This document shows, in pieces, positions 27,972-41,955 of a stretch of 64,000 nt of DNA. Within the stretch, counting starts at the first letter, position 1. The number at the start of each line of letters is the position of its first letter. A program made the translations under genes and the position numbers. The notes beneath the pieces are model-generated. The model saw only the letters and a program-made list of their open reading frames with translations, did no database searches and was not told the origin of the DNA. Source of the stretch: Eledone cirrhosa (taxonomy: Eukaryota); the NCBI GenBank assembly GCA_964016885.1, contig OZ024747.1, positions 53,754,001-53,818,000 of the forward strand, in the 5' to 3' direction.

Positions 27972-30746
27972 TAAACAAATAATGAATAAACAATGATTTA
28001 TCTACATATATATATATATATATATAAAGACATTTTTTTACTGGTTTCAGTCATAAGTTTATGACCATACTAGGGCTCTGCATTCAAGGGATTTAGATAA
28101 TCATATAGACACCAGTTCTATTTTATCAATCTTTATTTGTTAAACTACTAAATTATAAGACAGAGACAAACAAAGTCTCTAGTGATTGAGTGAGTGTGAG
28201 GCCAGTGTTGGTGTGTGTCTGAATACTGGGTAAGTTGTGTAAGGTGTTTGGATTGGTGGTAGGTTTTAATGGTTTTACTGGTTAGGTGTGAATACTATGC
28301 TAAATATGTAATGGGATTGTAGTCACTGCAGAGTATCAAAGAAACTATATAATATGACAGCTGCAACCTGATGCTGTTCGTCATCCTCGTATCAGTAATT
28401 AAAGTAAGTTGGTTGTTATTTGGCTGTGAGGGCTGCATTATGGTTCTGAAGGATGTGTTTGAATTATGGATAAACAGTATATTTTGGGGGGTGCAGTTAA
28501 TTGTGGGATTGTGGTTTACATTTCCTGAGGTTGGTGGAGGCATGAGTTTGGTTTGAATGTGTTTATGTCCTAGATGAAGCATATACAGTCTTATATATAT
28601 ATATATGTGTGTGTGTGTGTTTTCATTCTTTTATGCTCTAACACCACTGCTCATGTGTTATGTCAAAACATATCAATATTGTCAACTTTAGATGATCGTA
28701 TCTCTTTTATAGTGCTGATTGTTGTAGCATAAGGTTTTTGACTATTCACCCTTGGATCATAAGGTCAGTTCCAATGCATCTGTGTCATTGTATTTCTGAT
28801 GAGAACACTATTTTCCAATTCCTCAAGCTGTCAAGGTCAAGTAGCTAATCATTTTCATCCTTCTCCTCCTTTTTCACATCATCACCATCGTCATGACTAC
28901 TATCACCATCATCATCATCCTTCTACACCTGCTAGCATAAGTTGGATGGATTGCTACAGATCAAGCTAATACTTAACTGGATCTTCTGTCCACTACTTAC
29001 ATATGTTTTCAGTTTTTGGCAAGGTTTGTATGATTGCTAAACAATTTACAAAGTCTACCGGGTGCCTTAGAATAGTTCTCAAGATAGACTGGCATCTTAT
29101 CCAAGAGAAGGTTTATTCCCCATTTAATTCCTATCATAAAACTACAGTTTTATGATACTGAGCTCTTTAGGTGATTTGGGGATCTTAGATCACAAATAGA
29201 TAATACTCATTCTAGAGTAAATTTATGCTCTCAATCAAGTAAGTATGCAGCTGGGTTCCTCAAGTTTTAACCAGGAGTGCAACTATGATTGTCTCCCTTT
29301 GCAATTTCATATAGAACAGCATTACTAACTGAAGGGGAATCTTATTAGGGATTTGGTGGGGAAATAACATGAATCTAAGATTCCTTTTGCAATCAGTGCT
29401 GTAGTAAGAAGGTGAATGAAGGAATGATCATGATGGTGATGATGGTGATGATGAGGATGTTGATGTTGATGCCAATTATGATGATATTGAAAATAATGTT
29501 ACTGATGATGAGAATGTTGACAACTCGAATGATGAAAACAAAGGAGAAATGACACAGATGGTGATGGTGATGCTGATGATGATGATGATGATGATCAAAA
29601 GGTTAAAAATTATGATTGAACTAGAAATTGCAATAAAAATTAAATTACACTTGCAAATTAGCCTCGAAGTGACAAGAACTCTTCTAACGTCTACCTGCTG
29701 TTACCTCACACTTCTCCTCCCCTACATACATAACCTCACAATTATCAATCCTCACCCCATTAACCTTCACAACAACTCACCTTTTTTCCTTTAATTTCAA
29801 TTTTTTTATTTTGACACAATGCAATATAACAATATTTAGGTGTCTATTTTTTACTATGGATTTTTCGATTCATGAAGAATACTTTTTCTTTGCCTTCTTT
29901 CATTAACGATCAACGAGCCCACATCTTCCCTCAAACACCAAATGGAATGAAAATATGTCCTAAAATTTGTTGAAGAAATTAAACAACAGAGATTGCTGAA
30001 ATCTGAAAGAAAACAACAAAATATGATATTAGATTCAGCCTGGCTCAGCTGTGATGTGAGCAGATTAGTATAGTTTATATAAAACAGGAAAATATGTGGT
30101 TAAAACTGTTTTAGGGAAACTATTAAAATACAAGACACAGGATAAAGGAGTGAAAGAAAATGACACGTTTATATTATATATTTTACATATCAGAGTTAGG
30201 ACTGCCTTTTCCAAAGAGTAAAGAAAACAAAATAGTGTGATGGTGGAGGTCATGGAGGATGAACTAACAATCATAGGCCATGCCAATGACATGGTCATTG
30301 GAAGGAAAAGTAACTACAGAAGAAAAGAATAGTAATTAATATTTTTTTACATCGGAAAATTTTAAAGTCTGTTCATCAGCCTGGAACTTATCCAAGCTTC
30401 ATGTAGCATTGTCTGATAATATAAAACTCTCCCTTTGATGAAATGCCAGTCTGTCACAAGATTAACTCCCAGCAGCTACTAATACTCATATTTTTCAGCT
30501 GAGTAAACTAGAGCAACATGCAATGAAGTGTCTTGCTCAAGGACACAACATACCACCCAGTTTGTGAATCATATTTTGGAAGATGAGGAAAGGGATGTGT
30601 GTTTAATGAATTGGACAAATAATGCATTGTTCAAATCCTGTTGAGTAAAACTTTACCTTTCATCATACGAGGACTTGATAAAAAAAAGTACCAGGAAAGA
30701 ACTGGGGTTTATTCCTCTCTCTCTGTCTGTCTGTCTCTCTGTCTCC

Positions 30747-30780
<34 letters not shown>

Positions 30781-30799
30781 GATTATATATATATATATA

Positions 30800-31250
30800 A
30801 AGTCCTTGGTTCAATTAGGAGTAACCACAGTACGCAAGGTACTCAATACATTAGTAGAGTATAAACATCATGTTTAATATAGAAATGGCTTTTACAGGAC
30901 TAGAACTGTTTCATTCAAAAGAAATCATCAGGAAAGATTTCCCAATGATTTCTTTTGAATGAAACAGTTCAAGTCCTGTAGAAACCATTTCTATTTTAAA
31001 CATGATATATATATTTATTGGTGTGAATTTTTAAAAAATACTCACTACATCTGTAGAATATAGGGATATTTATTCTATTATAGAAGTAACCTTTACCAGG
31101 CTAGAACTTTTTCATTTGTAGAATATCTGATGATTTCTTATGAATGAAATAGTTCTAGTCCTGTAGAAATCATTTCTTTATTTCTTTGTAAAATAAAGAG
31201 GCCAATACTGTGCCAACTGTGGTTGCCTTCCAACTCAACTCATCTACTCA
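30800..31250. mobile_element. Fold-back hammerhead elements (family H3), two copies
   Basis: Hairpin 30867-31006; minus-strand core CTGATGA-tTTCttttGAAt-GAAA-CAG-ttctagtc-CTG-TA at 30889-30936; second copy core at ~31127-31165; related pieces at ~35362-35420 and 59860-60040. Confidence 0.75.
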
Positions 31251-31262
31251 GGAACCTACATA

Positions 31263-31319
<57 letters not shown>

Positions 31320-31885
31320 AATTAATAAATAACCAAAGTTTAATACTTTATTTAATTCATTTACACATGTTTCATTGAAATGGATTTCATCAGAATCATT
31401 AGATAATATAAAAATGATGTTTTTACCAACCACATTCCATCTATGTCATTATATTTCAATACCCTGTGTTAACAACTTCCATAATTCAACACCAAAATGT
31501 CTTGCTTTCATATTTATTTAGTCATCTTCAATTTATTTCTATAATTTTTCCAAATGTATTTCCATTGATATAACAATTGATGGTTCCTGAGACATTATCT
31601 TTAATTCTTTCACTAGAAACGCCATCTTTTGTCATAACACTCTCTACAAGTATAATGATTATACTCTAAACCATATGGTTAGTATTTCAGTTGTGAATTC
31701 GAAAACAAATAATTCTTTAAACTCGACATGGTTATTACCATAAGATTTTAAATTCCTGTCACCATTTTCAGCTATTCTTCTAACTAAATCACAATCTTGG
31801 CATTACCATCTGCGATCTTTTCAACAATAATTCTATAATTCTTTACATAACTAACATATTGTTATTATTATTATTATTATTATGT

Positions 31886-32315
31886 GGGCGGTGGATTGGC
31901 AGTATCGGTAGAGGGTCGGACACCATGCTTTCCAGCATAGTTACGTCCCTTTACGATCTGAGTTCAAATCCCGCCGAGGTTGACTTTGCCTTTCATCCTT
32001 ACGGGGTCGATAAAATAAAGTACCAGTAATGCACTGGATAATTGCTGGCCTTGTGCCTAAAGTAGAAACAATTATTATTATTATTATTTTTCATATCTAG
32101 TGGCGAATTAGTAGAGTCGTTAGAATGTTGGATAGAACGCTTTGTAGTATTCATTCTGACTCTCTGCTCTCTGAGTTCAAATCCCATCGAAGCCAACTTT
32201 GCCTTTCATCCTTTTGAGGTCGATAAAATAAAGTACCAGTAGTGCACTGGGGTTGATTTAATCTACTTTCCCCTCCCCCAAAATTGATTGTTGGCCTTGT
32301 TCCTAAATCAAAAAC

Positions 32316-32366
<51 letters not shown>

Positions 32367-32865
32367 GGGGGTCGATAAAATAAAGTACCAGTAATGTACT
32401 GGATATTTGCTGGCCTTGTGCCAAAAGTAGAAACAATTATTATTATTATGAAGAGTGGTGGATTGGCAGTATTGGTATAGCTTCGGATAACATACTTTGT
32501 GGCATAAAATTACGTCCCTTTACGTTCTGAGTTCAAGTCCTGCCAAGATTAGCTTTGCTTTTCAACCTTTACGGGGTTGATAAAATAAAGCACCAGTAAT
32601 GTATTGGGTGCATTAATAGACTTTCCCCACCCCACCAAAATTGTTGGCTTTGTGCCTAAATCAGAAACAATTAGTAGACAAAATGACTTGCATTGTTTGT
32701 TTCGAGTCTTTATGTTTGGAATTCAAATAAAGACAAGGTCAACTTTTCATTTCATTCTTCAGGGGTTGATAAATTAAAGTACCTGTGAAGTACTGGGTCA
32801 AAATAATCCCCTTTCTTCCTACACCGAAATTTCAAGCCTTCTACCAATGTTAGAAAGAATTATTA
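31886..32865 (+). mobile_element. Tandem SINE family A cluster within (ATT)n
   Basis: Five complete or partial copies separated by (TTA)n. Confidence 0.88.
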
Positions 32866-32987
32866 TAATTTTTACATTTTTATATCTGTGAATTCTGATG
32901 AAATATTTTAATCCCAATCAATATCTTTCTATGGGTTGTGTTTTTATTTATTGTTTTATTTTTCCCTCAAAAATTAATGTACAGTGA

Positions 32988-33018
<31 letters not shown>

Positions 33019-33130
33019 CTTCTTCTTCTTCTTCTTCTTCTTCCAGTTATAGTAGTAGTAGTAGAATACAATATGATTTTAAAAGCAAGTAAACACATAT
33101 ACACATACATACATATATATATATATATGC

Positions 33131-33167
<37 letters not shown>

Positions 33168-33749
33168 TAAACAAAACAAAAATGATAATAACAATACAAT
33201 ATAAAAATTAACATTTTTCAGATCTTTAACAGTTCGATAAAGTAATTTTGTTTTTATTACTGTGTTGTTATGTATGTATGTTGTTGTTGTTATTGTCATA
33301 TGGTAGAGGTAGGGATAATAATGATGGTGGTGGTGGGGGGGGGGGGCATTGATAGTGATGTGGGTAGTGGTGTTGGTGGCAATATTAGTGGTGGTGGCAG
33401 TTTGTAGGTGGTGTTGATGATGATGATGATGGTAGTGCTGGTGGTAGTGATGTAGGAAATTTTATTTTTGTATGTTATATTTTTCTCTTATTAATTTCCA
33501 ATTCTTCAACCATAATTCCTTAGTCGTTTACTACTGATGACTGTTTGGTATGTATGTGTAGTACATATGTATATATGGGTGATTGTGTACATGTATATGT
33601 TTGCGTGTATGGGTGTATTTCTTCTTATTTGTTTCTTTATTCTTACACTTTATATTACCCCCACACCTCACCCTCACTTTATTTTTTATATTTTTTCTTT
33701 AAAGAATAATTTACCTACTTTTCTGTTTATTTCCTGCAATAGCAATCCT

Positions 33750-33947
33750 CTACCTCCACCTCCACCTCCTCATCATCATCATCAGCATCGTCATCATCCC
33801 CAACAGCAACATTATCATCTTTATCATCATCACCATCACCATCATTATCTTTGCCGTCATCTTCACCGTTACTGCCATCACCATCACCATCATCATCAAC
33901 ATTACTACCACCACCACCATCACCATCACCATCACCACCATCACCAC

Positions 33948-33980
<33 letters not shown>

Positions 33981-34400
33981 TATTACTACCATCATCATCA
34001 TTAACTTTACTGCTACCACCACCATCATCATCATCGTCATCATTAACTTTACTGCTACCACCACCATCATCATCATCATCATCATCAACATTAACACCAT
34101 CACCATCATCATAAACATTACTACCACCACCAACATCATCATCGTCATCATCATTACTACCATATACCATCATCATCAACATTACTGCTACCATCATCAT
34201 CATTAACTTTACTGCTACCATCATCATCATCATCATCATCAACATTAACACCATCACCCTCACCATCAACATTACTACCACCACCACCATCATCATCATC
34301 ATTATCATCATCATCAACATTAACACCATCACCCTCATCATCAACACTACCACCACCACCATCACCATCATCATCAACATTACTGCTACCATCATCATCA
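33750..34400. repeat. (CAT/CAC)n trinucleotide array with higher-order units
   Basis: Recurrent CATCAACATTA(A/C) units; source of the poly-His, poly-Asp and poly-Met ORFs. Confidence 0.9.
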
Positions 34401-34764
34401 TCAGTAATATTAATCTTGTATTTCTCATTGGTCACATAAATCAGTCCACTTTTGTGGTTATAGTTATTGTTGTTTTTACTGGTTGGTCATATAGTTATTG
34501 CTTTTGTTGTTGCTATAGTTGTTGTTATTGTTGTTGTTTTACTTATAATTGTTGTAGTTATAGTTGTTGTAGTTATAGTTGTTGTTGTTGTAGTTGTTGT
34601 TACTGTTTAGTAGGCAGCAGTGTGTGAGAATTATTGGATTGTTAATAGTGTTGTACAGCACATGTTTCATGTGTCATAATTAAGTGGTGAAATGTGGTAA
34701 CGATGCAGGCCAAGATATTATATGCAGCGTGAAGGAAACGGCAATTGAACAAGCATTTTTACTA

Positions 34765-34812
<48 letters not shown>

Positions 34813-35794
34813 ACTGCATATATATATATGCAACTGCATATATATATATATATGTACTAAGCTTCTGTTATATCCTCATAATACACATAGTTGAGAGGGA
34901 ATTTTTAGGTAGGAATGTATGTATGTATGTATGTATGCATGTTTGTATGTAAGTATGTATGCATGTGTGTATGTAAGTATGTATGTAGGCATGTGTGTAT
35001 GTAAGTATGTATGCATGCATGTATGTATATAAGTTTAAATATTGGTGCTTGTATATGTGGGTAAAGAGAGGGATACAGAGACATTTGAGATACTATATAT
35101 AAATTTAAAGAATGAGTCTGATACATACACACATATATGTATATAATTATTATTATTATAAGGAATCTCTGCCCCGCAGTTATGTTTTACGGTTTCAATA
35201 GCAAATGAGAAATAAATCAAGTTGGAAAAAAACTTAACCTTATGGAAGTATAATATATCTGTATAATAATATCTACATCTACTCTGGTAAAGTATGGAGT
35301 CATAAGTTAAATAAGGGAGTTACTTATCTTAACTAGTAACATGCCATCCATATATATATATATGACTTCTTTTGAATGAGAAAGTTCTAGTCCTGTAGAA
35401 GCCATTTTTATATTAAACTTGATACTCATACATATGTGTGTGTGTATGTGTATGTGTGTGTGTGGGGGGGGGGGGGGGGGTATGTGTGTGTGTGTGTGTG
35501 TGTATAAAAGAAATAAGAAAAATAGTAAAACAAATGCCACAATACATGGAAGAAATATATTAGTTTAATGCTTGAAATAGCAGCAAGAGTCTTAATGTTT
35601 TGGACAGTAGTACTTCATCAGAAGATAGAGTTAGAAATAGAAGATAAATAGAAAGTAAAGAGTGATGAGATGAAGGAAAGGGGAAAAAGAAAAGAAAAAA
35701 AACATGCATATTCAGTAGGCCATCCATTTTCAATGCTATCAAGGTTTGGATGAGATTTCACATATTAAATTAGTACTTCTTCTTTTCGTATCTT

Positions 35795-36100
35795 CGAAGC
35801 ATGTGGTTATATGACAGTCTCCCATTTCTTTTACACAGTCCTTTGCATTATTATTAAATTCTGTGAGATCTTTTAAGCTGCACTGGTTGGGTAGTAGAGG
35901 GCAAACTAGGCAGTGCTGCATTGTATGGTCTTCCTCTCCGCATTCGCAGATGGTTGGGCCGGTCTTGTAGCTCCATCTGGCCATAGCAGCTTTTGATCGC
36001 CCCATTCCTGTACTGAAATGGCGCTACTGACCCCTCTGATGGTGTGTGTCCCTGCATTTTGCTTACATAAAGGTCCAATCTCCTCCAAGTGCATTTTATG
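35795..36100 (-). mobile_element. LINE 3' end with CCHC zinc knuckle (I/Ingi/Vingi-like)
   Basis: GRSKAAMARW..ICECGEEDHTMQHCLVCPLL; (GAA)n-like tail. Confidence 0.7.
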
Positions 36101-36493
36101 ACACCAGTATGAGTGATGCCATCATGTTTTTGCCACAAATGAAGGGTACTCTTAACCCATTGTTTGGCAAGCTTTCTTCAGCTGGATGACGTTCCAGTCA
36201 CCAAACACTTTAAATCATGTACTATGTGCATTTATCTTGTAGCTCACCAATACTAGATAGGTTGTTGTCACATTGACTTAACTGAAGGAGAATCTGAATT
36301 CTTTTGGGAATTTTTTCTACAATTGGGTGCCCTTCCTACTTCTAATCCCACCTTATAATGTCTACCAGCTGTATTTATCATGGTGTCAGCCCTCCCACTT
36401 TACAGTTATCAAGGCAGCAACCCCAGAGAAGTTGTCATATACTCCACCATACTTAATAGCTCTGACTCTCTCTCTCTCTCTATATATATATAT

Positions 36494-36882
36494 GGAGGCA
36501 CATGGCTTAGTGGTTAGAGCATTGGCCTTGCAATCAAAAGGTTGTGAGTTAAATTTTCAGACCGGCTGATGTGTTGTTTCCTTGAGCAAGACACTTTATT
36601 TCACATTGCTCCAGTTTACTCAGCTGTAGAAATGAGATGATAGGGACTGGGATCCCTATCATTCCACTGCAAAGTGGTCGTGGAGGTGCCACGGCAAAAA
36701 AAGCACCCAGCCCACACTGTAAAGTGGACGTGTAGGTGCCACAGAAAAAAAAGCACCCAGCACTCACTGTAAATGAGGTTGGTGTTAGGAATGGCATCCA
36801 GCTGTAGAAATCAAACCAGAATCAGTTCCTGTCCGACCCTTGCAAGCAGGGAAAAGCGGATATAAAATGAAATGATGAATGA

Positions 36883-36916
<34 letters not shown>

Positions 36917-37258
36917 CCCCGTCCCACCACCCCCACCCCATCCACACCGCCCCTTCAATGTAAAGTTATGTTGGTGCCACAACATCCAGGCCGAAACAAA
37001 TGAGATCGTGTAGGTGTCACGACAAAAAAACACACAGTCCACGCTGTAATGTGGCCGTGTAGGCAACACGGTAAAAACCTCCCAGCCCCACACTGTAAAT
37101 GTGGTTGGTGTTAGGAAGGGCATCCAGCTGTAGAAAACACGCCAGACAGTCCTATGCGAGCAAGACAATCACTCTTGCCTCAAGTGGGAAAATCCCCGTC
37201 CAAACCCATGCAAGCGTGGAACACGGACGTTAAACGTTGATGATGATGATGATGATGA
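36494..37258 (+). mobile_element. CORE-type SINE family B followed by a related SINE 3' half
   Basis: Full copy 36494-36885; second 3' half ~36960-37258 with GTTGGTGTTAGGAAGGGCATCCAGCTGTAG and a (TGA)n tail. Confidence 0.85.
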
Positions 37259-37282
37259 TATATATATATATATATATGTATA

Positions 37283-37550
37283 AAGTCTAAAGTCTGTCTT
37301 AAGCCAGAAGACTCAATTGGCCGGTGCTTATCCCGGTTTCATGGCAGGAAGTGACTGAGAGTACAAGACTCCCCCCCCCTGGACAGGACAGGGTTAAACC
37401 TCCAGCTATTACTGGTACTCATTTTCAGCTGAGTATACTGGAGCAGCGTGACATGAAGTGTTTTGCTCAAGAACACAACACACAACCCAGGAATTGAACC
37501 CATGACATTATGATCGTAAGTCCAACTCCCTTACCACTAGGCCACGTGCC
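37283..37550 (-). mobile_element. CORE-type SINE family C, (AGACTTT)n tail
   Basis: tRNA head and CORE on the minus strand; 3' module shared with 43546-43740 and the degenerate copy at 30380-30570. Confidence 0.8.
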
Positions 37551-37582
37551 TCTCTCTCTCTTTATTTCTCTCTCTCCCCCCC

Positions 37583-37631
<49 letters not shown>

Positions 37632-37649
37632 TGTATGTGTGTGTGTATA

Positions 37650-38012
37650 AATATATATACATGTATATATACACACAGGCACATATATATATCTGTGTGC
37701 ATGTGTGTTTATATATACATGTATATATACACACAGACACATATATATATCTGTGTGCATGTGTGTTTATATATACATGTATATATACACACAGACACAT
37801 ATATATATCTGTGTGCATGTGTGTTTATATATACATGTATATATACACACAGACACATATATATATCTGTGTGCATGTGTGTTTATATATACATGTATAT
37901 ATACACACAGACACATATATATATCTGTGTGCATGTGTGTTTATATATACATGTATATATACACACAGACACATATATATATCTGTGTGCATGTGTGTTT
38001 ATATATACATGT
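37650..38012. repeat. 58-bp minisatellite, ~6 near-identical units
   Basis: ATATATACATGTATATATACACACAGACACATATATATATCTGTGTGCATGTGTGTTT repeated; 2-bp shift per 60-nt line. Confidence 0.95.
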
Positions 38013-38188
38013 AGATGATAGAAAGGTGTACATTAAAATAATGTTTATATAGAAATTATCAAATGGAAAATCAGAAATCTGTTCTTTTCATACCTTTAGT
38101 GAATATTTCCATCAGTAAGATGTGTGTGTATGTGTGTGTATATATATATATAATTTCACAATGCTTCAAGCAAACTTTAACACTCTCC

Positions 38189-38219
<31 letters not shown>

Positions 38220-38284
38220 ATGTGTGTGTGTATATATATATGTGTGTATATATATATATATGTGTGTGTGTATATATATATATA

Positions 38285-38341
<57 letters not shown>

Positions 38342-38856
38342 ATATGTATATATGTGTGTATATAGATATAGATATATATGTGTGTATATATATATCTGTA
38401 TATATATATGTGTGTGTATATATATATATATATATATACACATACAACCTTCAGTGAATAAGTTAATGCAATCCTTCCATCCATTGAAAACGACTATTTT
38501 GACCCCTAAAGTTGTAGCAAGTTGATCCTTAATAAATGTACACTTTTACATCCAGATAAATGAACATTTGACTAACAGAAAACGGGGCATTTTGATCTCT
38601 GGAATAAATTAAAAAAAACTGCCTTTTCATCGCAAGAAAATAGATGTGCATTTTCAACAAACCCCTAAAAGATCAATCCCCTTCATCATATAAATATTCA
38701 CGGGTATTCGTATAATGTAGATTTGAACTCTATCCATATATAAAACTTACAGCAATGGTTCGTTTTCTAAAATATATTAATTTCTCTTGTTGTTTAATAT
38801 CTTATATCTAATATCCATATTTTTACACATAATCCCAAACTCGTGTTGCTTTCCTT

Positions 38857-38897
<41 letters not shown>

Positions 38898-38976
38898 ATC
38901 ATCATCATCATTACTGTTTAGCATATCATTTTTCCATGCTAATACACATAAATACATATACACATAAAACCTCCCC

Positions 38977-39008
<32 letters not shown>

Positions 39009-39052
39009 AATGCATGTATATATATATATATATAAATGTATGTATATATATA

Positions 39053-39091
<39 letters not shown>

Positions 39092-40071
39092 ATATATAAG
39101 GGTATATATATATATATATGTGTGTGTGTATATATATATCTATATATATATGTGTGTGTGTGTATATCTATATACATATACAGTATATATGTGTGTGTAT
39201 ATACATATATATATATATATAATATATATATGATGTTTGTATATATATATATATAATACTGTCAGTCCCCAATATTTATTATAGTTGCAGCTGTGGGAGT
39301 TAATACCATAAGAGTTGATCAGTAAAAGGATTGAGAATATTTATTGTTGCACTATGTAAAGGCATGTCTTCTAGTGGGTAAGGTGTTTGTCTCAGAGTCA
39401 TAAGGTTACAGGTTCGATTCCCAGACTTGGTCTAGGCCTTATTAACCCAAGGACAGGCCACTTCTGGCACTCCAATCCTTCATGCCACTACACCAAAATA
39501 TATTTTGGTCCCATAGTCACTGCAGTGTTTTTAAGCTTGAGCCATGTCAGTGTCGTTAATAATTGTTTCTACTTTTAGCACAAGGCCAGCAATTACACCA
39601 GTGCATTACTGGTACTTTATTTTATTGACCCCATAGGGATGAAAGGCAAAGTTAACCTCGAAGGGATTTGACCTCAGAACTATGCTCCACTGCCAATCCA
39701 TCACTTGCCTCCATTCCCCAGAAAGCCTGATTTGATTTTGCCAGAAGTTGTAGCCAGCAGATAGTAACAGAAATGGAAATATAGGTTCCTTCATCTGATT
39801 TCATAATTGGCTCCTTTCCTTTCTTTTCCTGTTATTACATTGCAGCAGTCTACTCTGCTGTAAAGAAGTGAATCCCAACAGCAACAGCTGGGTTTAACTC
39901 AGCAATAGACTGGTATTCACATCCAGAGGGAATTTTTGTACTTTCAGTTGCTTAATAACAAGGAATCTTTTAATACTGTGTTCATAGCTTATAAACGTAT
40001 TTCATAAGTTATAAACACAGGTATATCACTCACTCTTAACCTTTTTACAACTAAGGATCTTTCTTATTTAA

Positions 40072-40298
40072 CCCTTTAGCATTTACATTATTTACTATCT
40101 ATATTTACTATTATATTTTCATGGTAAAGGTTTCACTTCACATAATTATTTAACATAATACTGAATCTATGAGACTTTCATATTATTGATTTTGAGAACA
40201 ATAGCTTAACATCAGCATGAGTGGCCAGTTACAGCCTATTTGAACAGAAAGAGGTTAGAGAATTCTGGCTAGATATGGCCAGTTTAAATGCTAAAGAG
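40072..40298 (+). mobile_element. TTAA-flanked piggyBac-like MITE
   Basis: TTAA|CCCTTTAGCATTTA ... TAAATGCTAAAGAG|TTAA. Confidence 0.78.
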
Positions 40299-40559
40299 TT
40301 AACTGGATTTTCCTACAGATCTTAGCTTCAATTACACTCCTTACAGAATGTTATATCAGGAGAATGAATATTCTAATGAATATATATGGAAAATCTTTAT
40401 AGTAGTTATTCCAACTCTTTTTGTTCAAATTCTTCAATGTCAACTGAAACATTCATGTTTTCCGGCTCAACAGTGTTATAGTAATAACAGATGGTGATGA
40501 ATTAATATAACTGTTAGAGCATCAGTTGTGATGCCTTGCAGTATTTTTTCCACCTCTCT

Positions 40560-41345
40560 GCAGATCTTCACTGGACCCAGATCTTGTGAAAATCCAGGTC
40601 TTAACTGGACCAGATCTTTGCTATACTCAGACCATCTCTACAGCCAGACTTTCACTACACTCAGGTCCTCACTAGACCAAGATCTTCACTACACCCCAGA
40701 TCCTCAGTACAGCGAGAAATTCACTAAACCCAGATCCTCACTATATTTTTATCTTCACTGGAACCAGATCTAGTGAAAATTTTGATCTTACCTGCACCCA
40801 TACCTTCACTACACCCAGATCCTCACTAGACCCAGATATTCACTACACTCAGATCTTCTCTACACTCAGACATTCACTAGACCCAGATCTTCACTACACC
40901 CAGACCTTCATTAAATCCTGATCTTCACTACACCAAGATCTTCACTATATCCAGACCTTCATTAGATCCAGATCTTCACTATATCCAGATCTTCACTATA
41001 TCCAGATCTTCACTATATCCAGACCTTCACTAGATCCAGACCTTCACTAGACCCAGACCTTCACTATATCCAGATCTTCTCTAGACCCAGATCTTCACTA
41101 CACCCAGATCTTCACTACATCCAGATCTTCACTATATCCAGATCATCACTACACCCAGATCTTCACTATATCCAGATCTTCACTAGACCTAGATCTTCAC
41201 TATATCCAGATCTTCACTACACCCAGATTTTCACTAGATCCAGATCTTCACTAGACCCATATCCTCTCTAGATCCAGATCTTCACTAGACCCATATCCTC
41301 ATTACAGCCAAATCTTCACTAGATCCAAATCTTCTCTACACCCAG
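40560..41345. repeat. 17-bp minisatellite CCAGATCTTCACTA(C/T/G)A(C/T)
   Basis: About 45 degenerate units, most homogeneous at 40960-41260. Confidence 0.93.
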
Positions 41346-41654
41346 TTCTGATAGTTATTCATTTTAATTTAGAGTCTTCATTGCTGTTTTATACTTTTCT
41401 AATTTTCTACCACATTTTAATGTGGTAAAGGGTATTAAGAGTTAAATAGAAATTTCACATTGCATCTGTATTGGTATGAAGTTTTTGTCAAGAAAATCTC
41501 CCCCACCCCAATACTGTGATTGCCTAGTGCACAAACTTAAATACATATATATATTACCATAACAGAATTCCAATGAGCTTCTGATTCCAGAGTTGGGCCA
41601 GATCAATACAGATCGAACCTTGAGTTTATCAACTGAGAAATGCACATAAAGTAA

Positions 41655-41868
41655 TGGTTTCTTATATAGTCACAAGGCCAGTAATTTGGGGGGGAGGGGA
41701 ATTCGATTAAATCGACCCCAGTGCATGACTGGTACTTTATTTTATCGACCCCGTAAGGATGAGAGGCAAAGTTAACCTCGGCGGGATTTGAACTCAGATC
41801 ATAAAGGCCCGTAACTCTATGCTACAAAGCATAGTGTCCGACTCTCTACCGATACTGCCAATCCACAT
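41655..41868 (-). mobile_element. SINE family A
   Basis: Family core on the minus strand. Confidence 0.88.
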
Positions 41869-41955
41869 AAAATAATGAATACCTAACACTTCGTCCTTTT
41901 TATTATTAGTATTACACTCTGCTTAGTACAACACCAAAATACCTACTGGAAACTA

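Noticed and set aside
28200-31860. Possible Penelope GIY-YIG or RT coding remnants at ~28200-28580 and 31400-31860
   Set aside because: Only vague motif similarity by eye; a translated profile search (tBLASTn or HMMER against PLE proteins) is needed before any call.
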